Made by a program: the position numbers and the translations under genes. From Azolla caroliniana (lineage: Eukaryota > Plantae > Polypodiophyta), in assembly GCA_043228905.1 (NCBI GenBank), contig JBHGNT010000018.1, positions 13,764,001-13,828,000 on the forward strand: 64,000 nucleotides of DNA. The letters are read 5' to 3'. The first letter of the stretch is position 1; each line of letters opens with the position of its first letter. Shown one piece after another: positions 13,063 through 26,294 of the stretch. The notes under the pieces were generated by a model, which made no database searches, was not told the origin of the DNA, and saw nothing but the letters and a program-made list of their open reading frames with translations.

Positions 13063-16000
13063 TGGATAGGTTAAATATTATATCATGGAAGGTTTGAGGT
13101 CTAGGAGGTAGAAATTGTCATAAAGTAAGGAGTGTTTTCCGTCATCAATTGAGGAAGTCTTTGGTAGCTAGGATTGATGTTCATTTTATTCAAGAGCACC
13201 ATTTAAATGAACAAAGGATTCGGAAATATGGAAATCTGTTGTCATGTCAATGGAGGCAGCTTTGGGTGCCTACAGTTGGCTGGACTCTATATAGCAATAA
13301 ATGATACATGTTTGTTCTCATTCTTACATTATGGAATCTTGTCATGTGGTCGAGGTCAATATGCAATTTTTTGAATAGGTTTGAAGAAGTGGGGTTTCTT
13401 GAATATTTATGATCTGAATAATGCAAGAGAGAGAACGATATTTTGGAAGAGCATAATTTCACAATTACCCACTGTGGATCATTGGGCGATTGTAGGTGAT
13501 TTTAATATGTTAGAGGATGTGTGTGATAGGATAGGAGGAAGGTCACATACAATAGTTGGTTTAGAATTATATGAATGGGAGTGACTGATTTTTTCTTTGG
13601 GATTAATGGATTTGTGGCATGTGTCTTCCTTTGTAAGGCTACAAGATTCTTTATCGTACTCCAGATCAGATAGAAGAGAGTTACATACCAATTTGTCTAG
13701 GCTAGATAGATTCTATATTGATAAGTTTCTATGGGACAAAGGAGGCTCCATTGGAATTTTACCTTCATTTTCCTTTTCTGATCATGCACCACTTCGTTTA
13801 ATTATAGTTTTATAGGAACACTATAAAACTTCTATATTTCGAATTCCGAATCATGTGTTTCTTTACAAGATTGTGTTCTTGTTGTACATAATATTTGGAA
13901 TAAGTATGTCTATTCTTATGATTATGCATTATCTAGTGTTCAAAAGGCTATTACTGAAATACAACAATTTTTTCACTATAAAGCCAAACAAATATTTCAA
14001 GCATCTTTCACTAAAATAGGAAGACTTCGTAGGCGATTGAGGTCCTTGTAGCATTTGCAAGAGAGAAGGCCATATTCGACTTATATAAGTTCTAGAGTGA
14101 TACACGTAGGGAATAAGATATTAGAATTACAAAAGGTTTCTGCTGAATTTACTTACCACAATATAGCATCTAAATGGGCAGAGTCAGGAGATAAAGTAAA
14201 TAAAATGTTTTTTAAAATGCATAATCACCATAAGTTGGCTACTAGGATTTCCTGTTTAAAATGTCCTGGTGGCTGTTATACCAATGATCCTAGTTAGATG
14301 CGGCAAATAGCCTCTGAATATTATAATAATTTGTTGAAGGCTCAATCCTTTTCTGCTGATGATTTATCCAAAGAGATATTATATGGTCGAGGATTCAACA
14401 TAGAGTGTCTGTTAAACTTTCCGAATGTCTTTTGCAACCACTAAGTCCTCAAGAGGTTTTTAAAGCAGCAAAGGCCTTAGCAAAGGATGTTTGTCCTGGA
14501 TTGGATGGGTTGGGGGTCCAATGGTATATAAAATATTGGGATTTGATAGGTGAGGGACTGACTAAAGCTTATCAACAGGTTTTAGATTCTGGAAATATGC
14601 CGCAAGAATGGAATGACGGTTTAATCTACATGATTCCCAAATCAAGTGGTCAGTTAGAGGAACTTCGGCATTGGAGGCCAATTACTTTGTTGAACATTAT
14701 TTATAAGATATTAGCCAAAACCTTAGCTAGATGTTTACAACCTTATCTTTCTGAACTGATTCATGATTCTCAGACAGGTTTTATATAAGAGCGAAGTATT
14801 TTTTATAATATTATTCTTTTTTGGGAAATGGTAGCTTTTGCTGAAGTGCAGAATCAAGAGTTGGCAGTGCTATTTTTGGATTTCGAAAAAGCTTATGACA
14901 GAGTGGATTGGGATTTCATGGAGGGTATTTTACTCAAGATGGGTTTTCCAAACAGATGGATACGGGGTGTTTCAACATTATATCGTAATGCACATAATTT
15001 TTCTTTTATTTGCAAGGGATGTTGGTAGGCGTTTCTCTATTTCAAGATCAATCAAACAAGGATGTCCACTTGCTCCTTTTCTGTTTTTATTAGTATCTGA
15101 AGTGTTTTCTATACACTTAAATTCTTAGCATGTTAATATCAAAGGTTAAGCATTTCCATTTGCAGATGTTGGCGTCGATTGTGAGTTTGTCGATGTTATA
15201 GCTCTTTATGTTCAAGCCTCACAATTTAACTTGTTGTAGGTACTTCTCAGATGCATCGGGTGCATTGATCAATTGGGATAAATCATCAGGTTTTTGGGTG
15301 GCTTCGGGAGATCCGCCATTTAATGTACCTAGCGTAGGTTTCACGTGGATTCCTAAAGGGCAATCCATTACGTATTTAGGATGTAGAGTAGGGATAGGAT
15401 TAAAGGTAGAAGATATGATTGCGCCCTTGTTGTTAAGATTAAGGAATAAGCTAATATATTGGAATAAGGAAAAGTTATCCCTAGCAGGACGTGTAGTTGT
15501 TGCTAATTTTGTGCTTTTGTCCTCCATTTGGTATATAGCGTCTACGTGGTTGTTTTCTAGGTCAATAATGCTTAAAGTTCAATGGCTAGTGCAGAATTTT
15601 ATTTGGGGGAATGCTACTATACACAATACTATAGCAAAGGTAGCTTGGTCAGTTCTTATACAACCCAAACAAAAAGGAGGTTTAGGTTTGATTGATCCTT
15701 TTATGCAAAGTAAAGCATTACTTGTTAAACATGTTGTTAGGTGTTTATTGCCAGGAGAGGAGTTATGGAAAAAGTTTTTGGATGTGTCATTTATATAAAT
15801 TTAAACCATCGATTGGTGGTCAATGGTGTGTTAGTCTTAGATGGTTCTTTAAGTCGGACTTTCCATTGCCTAAGTCAACAGTTGGGTCTTTACGTTTTTG
15901 TAATGGAATTCTAAGGGCATGGGAAAGTATTCGTCGAGCCCTTGTTTTCGTGCCACCAAAAACATATCATCAATTAATGCGTCAACCGTTGTCGTAGTGT

Positions 16001-18162
16001 ATTTCGTACACTACATGAAAAACTTATAAAGTACCGATTTAATAAATATGAATAAATAGTAGAAAATATTAAAATATATATAACATGCATAGGGCAAGAT
16101 TCGACCCTTGCACCTCCATGTTAATAATGTAATGTCTTACCATTACACTAGCATTTCATTAGTGTTCAAAAATAGATGTTCCACATAGAAAGCTTAGTTC
16201 ACCTAGGATAAACTTTAGTTAAAAGAAAACGCATGCTAAAAGAAAAAGCTACGCATGCACATCTAGCGTGCATGAACGCTATAGTTGATAAAAAACACAC
16301 AAGTTAGAAAAAGCATGATCACTTTAGATAAAGCATATAGTCTATCTATAGGAAAAGCATGGAGTCTATAGTTAGAAAAAAAAAAAGCATGGACTCCCTC
16401 ATCACTACATAAGGATGGGGAGCACAATGTAATAGGTGTGTGAAATATTTGGAAATTGGATATATTTCCGAAAACACCAACCGATTAATATAATCGTGGG
16501 ATTCACGAAAATAATACAATCTATACTTGTGGGATTCACAAGTTTCTTATATCTTTCTTTCAATCTAAATACATATTCTTATCTAAATATTGATTAATCA
16601 AATACAATACACTCGTGGGATTCACGAAATTTCTATCTCTCTTTCTAATAATCTATTCATTACTAGCCTCATCTCATATTCTTCTTTCTCCTAGTCCAAA
16701 ACCTCAGTGGTTCCCACCCGACTCACGCAACGATCCGGCGCCGAAAGGCACGACACCGTTGTTATGGAATCCTTTATTTACTGATGAAGCGGCATGTGTT
16801 TTGGGTTTACGACCTAGGTTATCTTGACCTACAATGGATAATGGACCAACTCGTACGGTTGCGGATTGGGTAAATTTCCTGCAAACTTCAATGCAAGACC
16901 AAAAGACTAGGATGTCTAATTTCAGAGGGGCAAACATTATGCTCTCTCAAGTGTCAACAGTGTACCAAGTAACACTGCCAACTTTGCGATTTGGTCATTT
17001 TCAGAATTGGTATGGTATGTTTTCAACATTGAATATACTTATAGGAGCTCTTTGTATACTCAAAATGGCAGCCTCTACTTTTATGAAGTTTTGGATAATG
17101 GTAAGTTGTTTTTAGTGGAGGAGGAGTCTTCAATTATGTCTTCTACCAAGCAGTTGCCCGTGAGAGTAATTGCTAGATTAGATAAAAAGATATTTATAGA
17201 TCCTTATCCATTAATTGCTAAGTATTCATCTCAAATGTGGGTTTTACACTCTAGGCAAATTGCTGATCTGGAGTGGGATCCATCATATTATGGTTGGAAG
17301 TTGCCCATGTCTGACACTATGCAAACGAAAGTTCTTCTATTTTTCGCATATTCTATGGTGTTGGGTAGAAATGTTTTGTTAAATGAGATAGACTAGATAC
17401 CTACGGGGAAAAAATATTGGGAGGAAGGTAATGTGTCATCTTCATATATGTTGAAGTTCTGGAAACAATTTTGGTCACTTAAATGTATGAACAAGGTATT
17501 GCATTTTCGATGGTTAATGATTCATTATGCATTGCTAGTAGGAGCTTTATTGAGGGGAACAGTACCTAATCGATCATGTGGTAGGTGTGGTTTTGCATCT
17601 GAGACATTGCATCATGCTTTTTGGGAATGTGTTACGGCCAAATGTTTTTGGTCTCGTATTCTTAGGCTATTAGGTCGTAAGAATAGGGCGGCTAAATTCC
17701 CGTGGGGTACAATCTTTTGGGGTACGTTGGCTCAACAAACGGTTTTTTATCATCATCATAATTCATCATTGACTTTATATGTGAAAAGTTTTCAGGTGTA
17801 CATTACATCAAGCTCCTTGCAGGGAGTCAAGTTTTTTTCCAAGTGTTATGTTTGGAACATTATTTCCTCTTTGGCCTTATGGATTATTTGGAAAGCAAGG
17901 TGTTCTAAAATATATAATGATGAACAAACTAATGTTGTGGATCAAGTTAAATTATTCTAGGAATTATTGGTAAATACGGTTAAAGGTGAATATGATAGTT
18001 ATAAGGGGTTTGAAAATGGACCTAACCGGAAAAGTAGGAGAATTAAAAGGGTCAGTTATTCCTATTTTCTTGGATGCAGTAGGTGAAGATGTTAAGTGGA
18101 ACTATGTTCCACCTCTTTGGTTATTTCCGCCACCATCATCCTTTATATTGAATACAACATGA
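13059..18162 (+). pseudogene. L1 ORF2 (APE endonuclease, reverse transcriptase, zf-RVT)
   Basis: IISWKV*GLG, FIQEHH, GDFN, SRLDRFY, SDHAP, PGLDG, WRPITLLN, DFEKAYD, QGCPLAP, KVAW, CGRC...H...C; many stops and frameshifts. Confidence 0.88.
15990..16755 (+). mobile_element. Solo LTR (Gypsy family related to the 26295-34142 element)
   Basis: TGTCG...CGACA termini; 4-bp TSD CCGT on both sides; reverse complement of the 38140-39019 family; minus-strand tRNA-like cassette at ~16086-16157. Confidence 0.88.
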
Positions 18163-18451
18163 CTAAATAGGAAGTCCACATTAATTTGTCATTAGTACAG
18201 TAGTTGCATTAAGTTTGTTTGTAGATACAACACTTTAGTGGTACATAGTGAGATGGTGATGATTTCTATTTGGTAAGGATGAAGGATGGTGTTGTCGGGG
18301 GTTGAAGCAAATTTTGAGGGGATGCAGACAATACATTCACTCTATTTTGGTTTGTATAGGTTTTAGGTAGTGAACAAACAAATGGTTGAGGTGGAAAATG
18401 AAGCACATTGTTGATGGGGAAAATGAAGCACATTCAATTTTTGTAGAGGAT

Positions 18452-18906
18452 TGTTGAGAGACAAGCTCAACATCGGCCGGATCTGCTGAAGAAGCAGAGG
18501 ACCGGATCGGTTGGGACCGATCGGTTAGGCCGAATGCGTAAACCGGTATGCAAACCGGTGCGTAGGTAGGGCCGGATCGGTGCGTAAACCGGCAGGCCGT
18601 TAGGAAAGATATTCCGTGAGGAATATATTTGGGAGTTAGTGTAGGAGCTCTTAATGAGCATTGAAGTACTGTCAGTACTTCAGTCAGTCCTTCTAGGACT
18701 TGTATAAAAGTGTTCATTGAACACACATATGTATAGTGTGGTGAATAGAGATTGAGTACTTTTGTTGAATATAGTTCTCATGTTTTCTCTCTCTCACTCT
18801 CTCTGTCTCTCCCGCGTATACTATGTAAGCTCAAGCTCTCCATTAAACCTGAGTTTTCTTCCTTCTGTTCGGTCTTCATACTTGCTTCCGCATGTTACTT
18901 TTTATA
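18452..18906 (+). repeat. 5' LTR of Copia A
   Basis: Direct repeat of 23807-24261, with about 20 substitutions counted by eye; termini are TG...TA. Confidence 0.92.
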
Positions 18907-18978
18907 TGGTATCAGAGCGTGAGGGTTGAGAACCTCTCTGCAGCCGACACAGCTTGACGAAGAAGAACAAGAAGAACG

Positions 18979-21900
18979 ATGGATAGAGGCATGGCGAGCT
19001 CGCTTCCAACAGAGAAGCTCGACAAAACCAACTACGCGTCTTGGTCCTACAAGATGCACCAGTACCTGCTCGGGCACGGCTACTGGAGTTATATCGAAGG
19101 AGTTAATGATGCGGCACCCGAATCGACACACAGAGACTTCCCGTCGTGGGAGCAATCGGCGAGCAGGGTATTATACTGCTTCGCGTCGTGTGTGGGTGAA
19201 TAGCTATTGAGCTATGTTCGGGATGCAAAGACGCCGAAGGGTGTGTGGGAAAATCTGAAGAAGATTTTCGCTGTGAGCACCACAACCAGGAAGCTTCAGC
19301 TCTGACAGGAGTTGAGCAACCTACGACAACGCGACTTGTCGGTGGCGGACTATACCTCAAAGATCAAGGATATCTACGACTCCCTTGCCTCCATAGAGGT
19401 GAACATTGAGGAGAGCGAGATGGTCCAAATCTGTCTCGGAGGTTTGGCGTCGAAGTTCAGAGCATTCTGAATGGTTGTGTGTACCCGGGAGAATATGTCG
19501 TCCTTTTTCGGCTTACAGTCAATGCTCCTGGTAGAGGAGAACCACGCGGGTGCGTCTACAAGCACGCACACCGACAGCAGAATGTTGTACACGAAGGGAG
19601 ATAGGCCCCGTGGACGTGAAGGTCGAGGCGAGTCGGCACGCAATGGAGGCAGCCGACGAGATCAAGGAAGAAGGCACTGAAGTGATGCCGACAACAACTC
19701 CGGACACTCCAGAAACAGGGGAAGTCGAAGCGATGAGAACCGGCAAGGGAAGGCCATCGCAGAGTGCTAGTACTGTGGCAAGAAAGGCCACAGGGAAAGT
19801 GAGTGCTAGAAGAAGCGCGCCGATTCGGAGAGAACCGGTTCCGGAAACGGCTCCGGACATTATGACAAGGGAAATCGGCAACGATCGCACTACGCCGAAG
19901 ACTCCGGGAGAGCCAGAGAAAGGTCTGCCTTCGTGACGAGACACGAAGCAAACTCAATGAAACGGACCACCCCGAGATCGGACAAGGTGTGGTACGTAGA
20001 CTCCGGCGCGTCAAACCACATGACGAGCCATAAGGAGTGGTTCTCGTACCTTGAAAAACCGATACAACCTGGAGTAGTCGCAACTAGAGACGACACTCTA
20101 CATCCAATCGCGAATGTCAGAGAAGTTCCCCTTAGCCATGTCGGGCAGAAAGGGAAACTCATGAACGTGTTGCACGTTCCGACAATCACGAAGAACTTGG
20201 TCTCGGTCGGAAAAATCGTCGACCAAGGGATGGAGGTTCGGTTTACACACCTCGGGTGCTTCATTGAGGAAGAAGGCCGTGTGATTGCACAAGGGCGCAG
20301 AGACGGGAGGATGTTCATCCTCGATTCCACTAACGGCGGCACCGCAATGTTCGTGAAAGGACAAAAATCCGAGTCGGACATCGACTTGTGGCACAAGCGG
20401 ATAGGCCACGTCAACTACCAGCGACTTCAAGATCTGCAATCGAAACAGGTAGTGTTCGGATTGCCCAAATTTAGTGGCCAAAAGGCACAAATTTGTGAAG
20501 CCTGCCAGCTCGGGAAGCAACACCGACTTCCTTTCCCCAACGAGCGAAACCGGAGCCGGAACAAGCTCGACCTTATACACTCCGATGTATGGGGGGCGGC
20601 ACAAAATGTTAGTCTTCGCGATAGCTGATATTTCGTCTCCTTCATCGACGACCACACGCGGCACATGTGGATCTACCTCACTGAGAGGAAGAGCGAAGTC
20701 TTCGACTGTTTCCGGGACCTCAAAGGGTTCGTGGAAACGGAAACGGGAAGAAAGATCAAGTGCCTACGGTCGGATGGTGGGAAAGAGTACTTTTCTGGTC
20801 AATTCAACGGTTATCTACAACAAATGGGATTCCGCGCGAATTCAGTTGTAGATACACGCAGGAGCAGATTGGCGTGGCCGAGAGGAAGAATCGGTCAGTT
20901 GCGGAAGCGGCACGGGCAATGCTGGAGGAGAAGAGCTTGCCCAAGTTCTACTGGGCCGAGGCGGTAAGGACCGCGGTATACATCCAGAACCGGATCGGAG
21001 ACAAAGTGTCGGCGCACGAGCTATATTTCGGAACGAAGCCGAACTTGCGACACTTGAGGTTGTTCGGTAGCATTGCGTATGTGCATGTACCGAAAGAGAA
21101 AAGGAGGAAGCTGGACACAAAGGCCGAGAAATGCATCTTGGTCGGTTACTCGGACGAGCAGAAGGGTTATAAGTGCTATAACCCTCGCACCAAACAAGCA
21201 CGTGTTAGCCGCAACGTTGTGTTTGACGAGTCCGCGTCCTGGTACCAACCCCCGACTCCGAACCCCGGATCCAATCCAAGTTCTGACAATGAGGTCAGCG
21301 AGGCCGAGATGCCTCCGGATGAGCCCAAAATCGAGACCCGCAAAGAGAGTCTGATTTCACTCCGTTTAAGTGGACCGATTGGACGACTGAGTCAGTACGA
21401 TCAGTCCGATGAAGAGTCGGCGAGTAGTGGAGACTCAGCCGTGCATTCCCCGCGCAGGAAGCCGAGGAGACGGCTTATGCGCAAAGAGAAAGGGAAGAAG
21501 AAGGTGTCGGATTCTGTCACGGATACGAACGAGTCAGACCGACGCAAGTCCGACTCTGAGGGAACTGGTGACAGGTCTTTAAAGGTGAAGTCCGCGTCGA
21601 CCGAGAAGGCCTCGACATCGGCTAATGTGAGATTACGACGATCTACCCGCCAGAAGAATCTTGTTTTGCGGTTCGGATACACCGAATACATGGCGCATCA
21701 TTATGCATACATGACCCGTGTAGCGGAAGTGCATGAGCCGGAGAGCTATGCAGAAGCGGCTAAAGACGCAAATTGGCGTGCCGCGATGGAGGAAGAGATG
21801 CACGCATTGGCGGAGAACGAGACTTGGGACCTGGTTGACGCACCAAGAGGGGTAAAACCGATCGGGTGTAGGTGGGTGTACAAGGTCAAGTACAACATTG

Positions 21901-23669
21901 ATGGCTCGGTCAACCAGTACAAGGCTCAGCTAGTGGCAAAGGGCTACGCGCAGAAACACGGCATCGACTACGATGAGACGTTTGCGCCGGTCACGAAAAT
22001 GACGACCGTCCGTGTTTTGCTCGTAGTAGCTGCGGTGAAGGGGTGGCACTTACATCATATGGATGTAAAGAATGCGTTCCTGTAAGGTGACCTTGAGGAA
22101 TAGGTGTACATGGTACAACCCCCCGGTTTTCACTCTGGAACGAACTCCTCGGCAATATGCCGACTGAAGAAGTCCCTTTACGGACTGAAGCAAGCCCCGC
22201 GTGCCTGGAACGCGAAGATCACGCAACAACTGCGTCGGATGGGCTTCGTTACGTCAAAATCAGACTCTTCCCTATTCATTCGGAAAGGTCGACTCGGACC
22301 GATTAGTATTTTACTATATGTTGATGACTTGGTCATCACCGGCACCGACCTAGGTGAAATCGACTGCGTGAAGCTCCAGCTTGCGGCATCGTTTGACATG
22401 AAGGATCTGGGGGACCTTCATTACTTCCTCGGGATCGAAGTGATCCGTACCCCCGAAGGCATATTGATCAGCCAACGTCATTACGTGCTGAGTATGCTCT
22501 TCAAGTTCGGGATGGCCGACTGTAAGTCCGTCTCAACTCCTCTGGATAGAACCCTCAAGCTTCGTCCCGATACGGGAACAGTATGCGACCCGACGAGGTT
22601 CCGACAAATTGTCGGAAGCCTCATATACTTGACCATCACCCGACCCGACCTTAGTTATACGGTCGGAGTGATCACTCAGTTCATGGCGCGACTTACCGAG
22701 GAGCACCTTCAGTGTGTGCAATGCATACTTCGGTATGTCAACGGCACTAAGGACCGGGAACTGCTATATCGGACCGGTGCAGCCGCACAATTAGTCGGCT
22801 ACACCGATGCTGATTCGGTTGGCAACGCCGCCGATCGCCGATCCACGTTCGGATACGCGTTCTCCCTCGGGAGTGCCGCGATCGCGTGGAGCAGTAAGAA
22901 GTAGCCGACAGTTGCACTGTCGAGCACCGAAGTTGAGTACCGAGTAGCGGCTATCGCGACATGCGAAGCCATATGGTTAAAGCGGCTGGTTAGGGACCTG
23001 CAAGAGGAGGTGTCAGATCCGACGACGATCTCTTGCGACAACCTCAGCAACATCCAGCTCGCGAAAAACCCCGTTTTCCACGCACGGACCAAGCACATTG
23101 AGGTGCACTACCATTTCGTCCGTGAGCATGTCCTTTCCGGTGAAGTCGAACTTCAGTACGTTCCGACGAATCGGCAGACTGCCGACATCTTCACCAAGCC
23201 TCTTGGTCTGGACAAGTTGCGGCAATTCTCAGGTGCGCTCGAATTGCGTCACCTCGACGTGCCAAACTTGAGGGGGAGAACAGTCCCGAACGACCAAGCA
23301 AGGCAGCAGGAAAGGAGTGGAGACCGCGACACCGAGTCGGTTGACTCGGTTGTCGAGTTCGACTTCGGATCGGCTGAAGAAGCCGAGGGCGGACCCGCAA
23401 AAAAGTTCGGAAGCAAACAGAAGGGGAGCAGCCGAAGGAGAGAGCCGAAGCCAACCACACATGGGGAAGATGACGCCATCGAGGGCGAGGAAACCGAAGA
23501 CAAGTTGGAGACAGCCAACTCGGACGAGAGCGAAAACCGGTCAGAGGTAGCCGAGTCGGTTCGGATGTTTGATTCAGATACGCTGAATCAATCGAGCCCA
23601 AGCGGAAGAAAAAGCAGCAGGAGAAGCGTCACCACCGCAACAGCAGAAGAGCTGATAAGGGCCACATGA
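18979..23669 (+). pseudogene. Copia gag-pol polyprotein, disrupted
   Basis: EKLDKTNYASW (gag), WYVDSGASNHM (PR), LWHKRIGH...CEACQLGK and IHSDVWG (IN), LYVDD (RT), CDNLS...RTKHIEVHYHFVRE (RNase H); several stops and a frameshift near 20830. Confidence 0.92.
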
Positions 23670-23806
23670 GCAGACAAGCCGACCGAAAGGGTTGAAGCGC
23701 ACGGAGTCGAACAGGTCATGGAGCGCAAGCGAGGCGTGAAGCCAGGAGGAACCAGAGCTGTGAGCCCGAAGATCCCGAAGAGCCTCAAGTTGAGCTTGAG
23801 GGGGAG

Positions 23807-24261
23807 TGTTGAGAGACAAGCTCAACATCGGCCGGATCGGCTGAAGAAGCCGAGGACCGGATCGGTTGGGACCGATCGGTTAGGCCGAATGCGTAAACCG
23901 GTACGCAGACCGGAGCGTAGGTAGGGCCGGTTCGGTGTGTAAACCGGGGGGCCGTTAGGAAAGATATTCCGTGAGGAATATATTTGGGAGTTAGTGTAGG
24001 AGCTCTTAATGAGCATTGAGGTACTGTCCGTACTTCAGTCAGTCCTTCTAGGACTTGTATAAAAGTGTTCATTGAACACATATATGTATAGTGTGGTAAA
24101 TAGAGATTGAGTACTTTTGTTGAATATAGTTCTCGTGTTTTCTGTCTCTCACTCTCTTTGTCTCTCCCGCGTATACTGCGTAAGATCAAGCTCTCCATTA
24201 AACCTGAGTTTTCTTCCTTCTGTTCGGTCTTCATACTTGCTTCCGCACGTTACTTTTTATA
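23807..24261 (+). repeat. 3' LTR of Copia A
   Basis: Follows the PPT and is followed by the TSD AGGAT at 24262-24266. Confidence 0.92.
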
Positions 24262-25071
24262 AGGATGACTAACAATGGTGTAGGGGGATGAACCACAATT
24301 TTGGTATAGGTTCTGTTTTTTTGGTACAGGTTCTCGGTGGTATAAATCGAGATGGTTGATGTGGAAAACGAAGAAACTTGGAGAGGATGAGGATAGCACA
24401 TTTCTGTAGAGGATGAGTGACGATGGTGTAGGGGGATGAAGCATAATTTCATGAGGGGATTAGGAGAGTAAGCTCATTCTGTTTTTTGGTATAGGTTCTC
24501 AGTGGTATAAATCGAGATGGTTGATGTGGTCATTGAAGCAAATTCTCTATTTTTTAAGGATGAGTGAATCATGGTGGTGTTGACGACTGAAGCAATGTTT
24601 TTATGAGGGGATGAGGAATTTTCTGTTTGTATAGGACTTCAATGGCCAACGATCAGACGGTTGATGTGGAAAACAAAGAAAATTGTAAAGGATGAGTGAC
24701 GCTAGTGTTGGGGGAAGAAGCGGAATTTCGTGAGGGGATTAAGAGAGTAGTGTCACAATGTTTTTGTTTCGTAGGTACAGGTTTTGCTATGTTGTGGTTG
24801 TTGTGGACATGTGGTTGTCGGTGACATGTTGGTTGGGGAAAAGGAAGCGTGTTTCACTCTATTCTTTTGTTTGTATAGGACTGCACACATGGTTGATGTA
24901 GAAAACGAAGAAACTTGGTGAGGATGAGGATAGCACATTTCTGTAGAGGATGAATGATGATGGCATAGGGGGATGAAGCATAATTTCATGAGGGGATTAG
25001 GAGAGTAAGATCCTTTGTTTTTTTTGGTACAGGTTCTTGGTGGTATAAATCGAGATGGTTGATGTGGTCAT
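24262..25071. repeat. Complex tandem repeat (~540-bp unit built from GATGGTTGATGTGG-type subunits), first block
   Basis: GTATAAATCGAGATGGTTGATGTGGTCATT recurs at ~24505 and ~25043. The same unit occurs at 39537-40520, and related sequence at 18240-18451. Confidence 0.8.
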
Positions 25072-26294
25072 TGTTGAGATACAAGCTCAACATTGGCTGG
25101 ATTGGCTATGCAAGCCGAGAACTGGATCGGTTGGGACCGATCGGTTAGGCATGACCAGTGCGTAAACCGGTACGCAAACTGGTGTGCAACGAGAAGCCGT
25201 AGCGGTGTGTGAACCATGACGCCGTTAGAAAGATATTCCGCGTAGGAATATATTTTGGGAGTTAGTGTAGGGCTTAGTTATGAGCATTGAAGTACGTGTC
25301 AGTACTTCTGTCAGTCCGTATGGACTTGTATAAAAGTGCTCACTGAGCACATCCTATGTATAGACTAAGTATTATTATTTTGGAGAGAGTTGTGTGTATT
25401 GTCTCTCTCTCTCCCTCTCTCTCTGTCTCCCCCGCGTATTGCGTGAGTCCAATCTTTCCATTAAACCTGTGTTTTTTTTTCTATGTTCGGTTTTCTGTTG
25501 CTTCCGCATGTTGTTCTTTTTACATGGTATGAGAGCGCGAGGGTTGAGAACCTCTACAGCCCACCTTAACTCGAGAAGAAAACCTAACCTTCGGAAAGAA
25601 CAGGAAAAACAGTATGGATAGAGGCATGGCTAGCTCGCTTCTGATCGAGAAGCTCGACAGAAACAACTACGCGTCTTGGTCATACAAGATGCACCAGTAC
25701 CCACTCGGGCATGGATATTGGAGCTATGTCGACGGAGCAAATGAGACAGCACCTGATTCGACACATAGAGACTTCCCGGCTTGGGAATAGTCGGAGAGCA
25801 GAGTTCTCTACTACTTCGCGTCTTGTGTGGGCGAACAGCTTCTAAGCTATATTCGGGATGCCAAAACACCGAAGGATGCTTGGGGAAATCTGAAAAAGAT
25901 TTTCGCCGCAAGCACCACAGCCAGAAAGCTCCAACTCTGACAAGAGTTGAGCAATTTGCGACAACGCGATTTGTTGGTGGCTGATTACACCTCAAAGATC
26001 AAAGATATATGCGACTCCTTAGCCTCCATCGATGTGAACGTCAAGAAAGGCATAATGGTGCAGCTCTGTCTCGGGGGACTGGCATCGAAGTTCGGAGCAT
26101 TCCAAACTGTTGTGTGCACACGGGAGAATACGTCGTCATTTTTCGACCTACAGTCGATGCTCCTTATAGAGGAGAACCATGCGGGTGCGTTGACGAGTAC
26201 GCACGCTGATAGCAAGATGTTGTACACGGAGGGAGATAGGCCCCGTGGTCCTGGCGGACGAGGCGAGTCGGTGCGCAATGGAGGCGGCCAACGG

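Larger units (their letters stand above)
11463..18200 (+). mobile_element. L1-clade LINE, degenerate, interrupted by a solo LTR
   Basis: ORF1 with DUF4283-like region and CCHC knuckle; ORF2 with APE endonuclease, RT and zf-RVT. The 3' end may extend much further (see findings). Confidence 0.88.
18452..24261 (+). mobile_element. Full-length Ty1/Copia LTR retrotransposon (copy A)
   Basis: 455-bp LTRs at 18452-18906 and 23807-24261; 5-bp TSD AGGAT; PBS TGGTATCAGAGC (tRNA-iMet, 18907-18918); PPT TTGAGGGGGAG; domain order gag-PR-IN-RT-RH. Confidence 0.95.

Noticed and set aside
24262-25071. Regularly recurring ~26-30-bp motifs resembling a CRISPR array
   Set aside because: The intervening sequences are also repeated (tandem units), there are no cas genes, and the context is eukaryotic.
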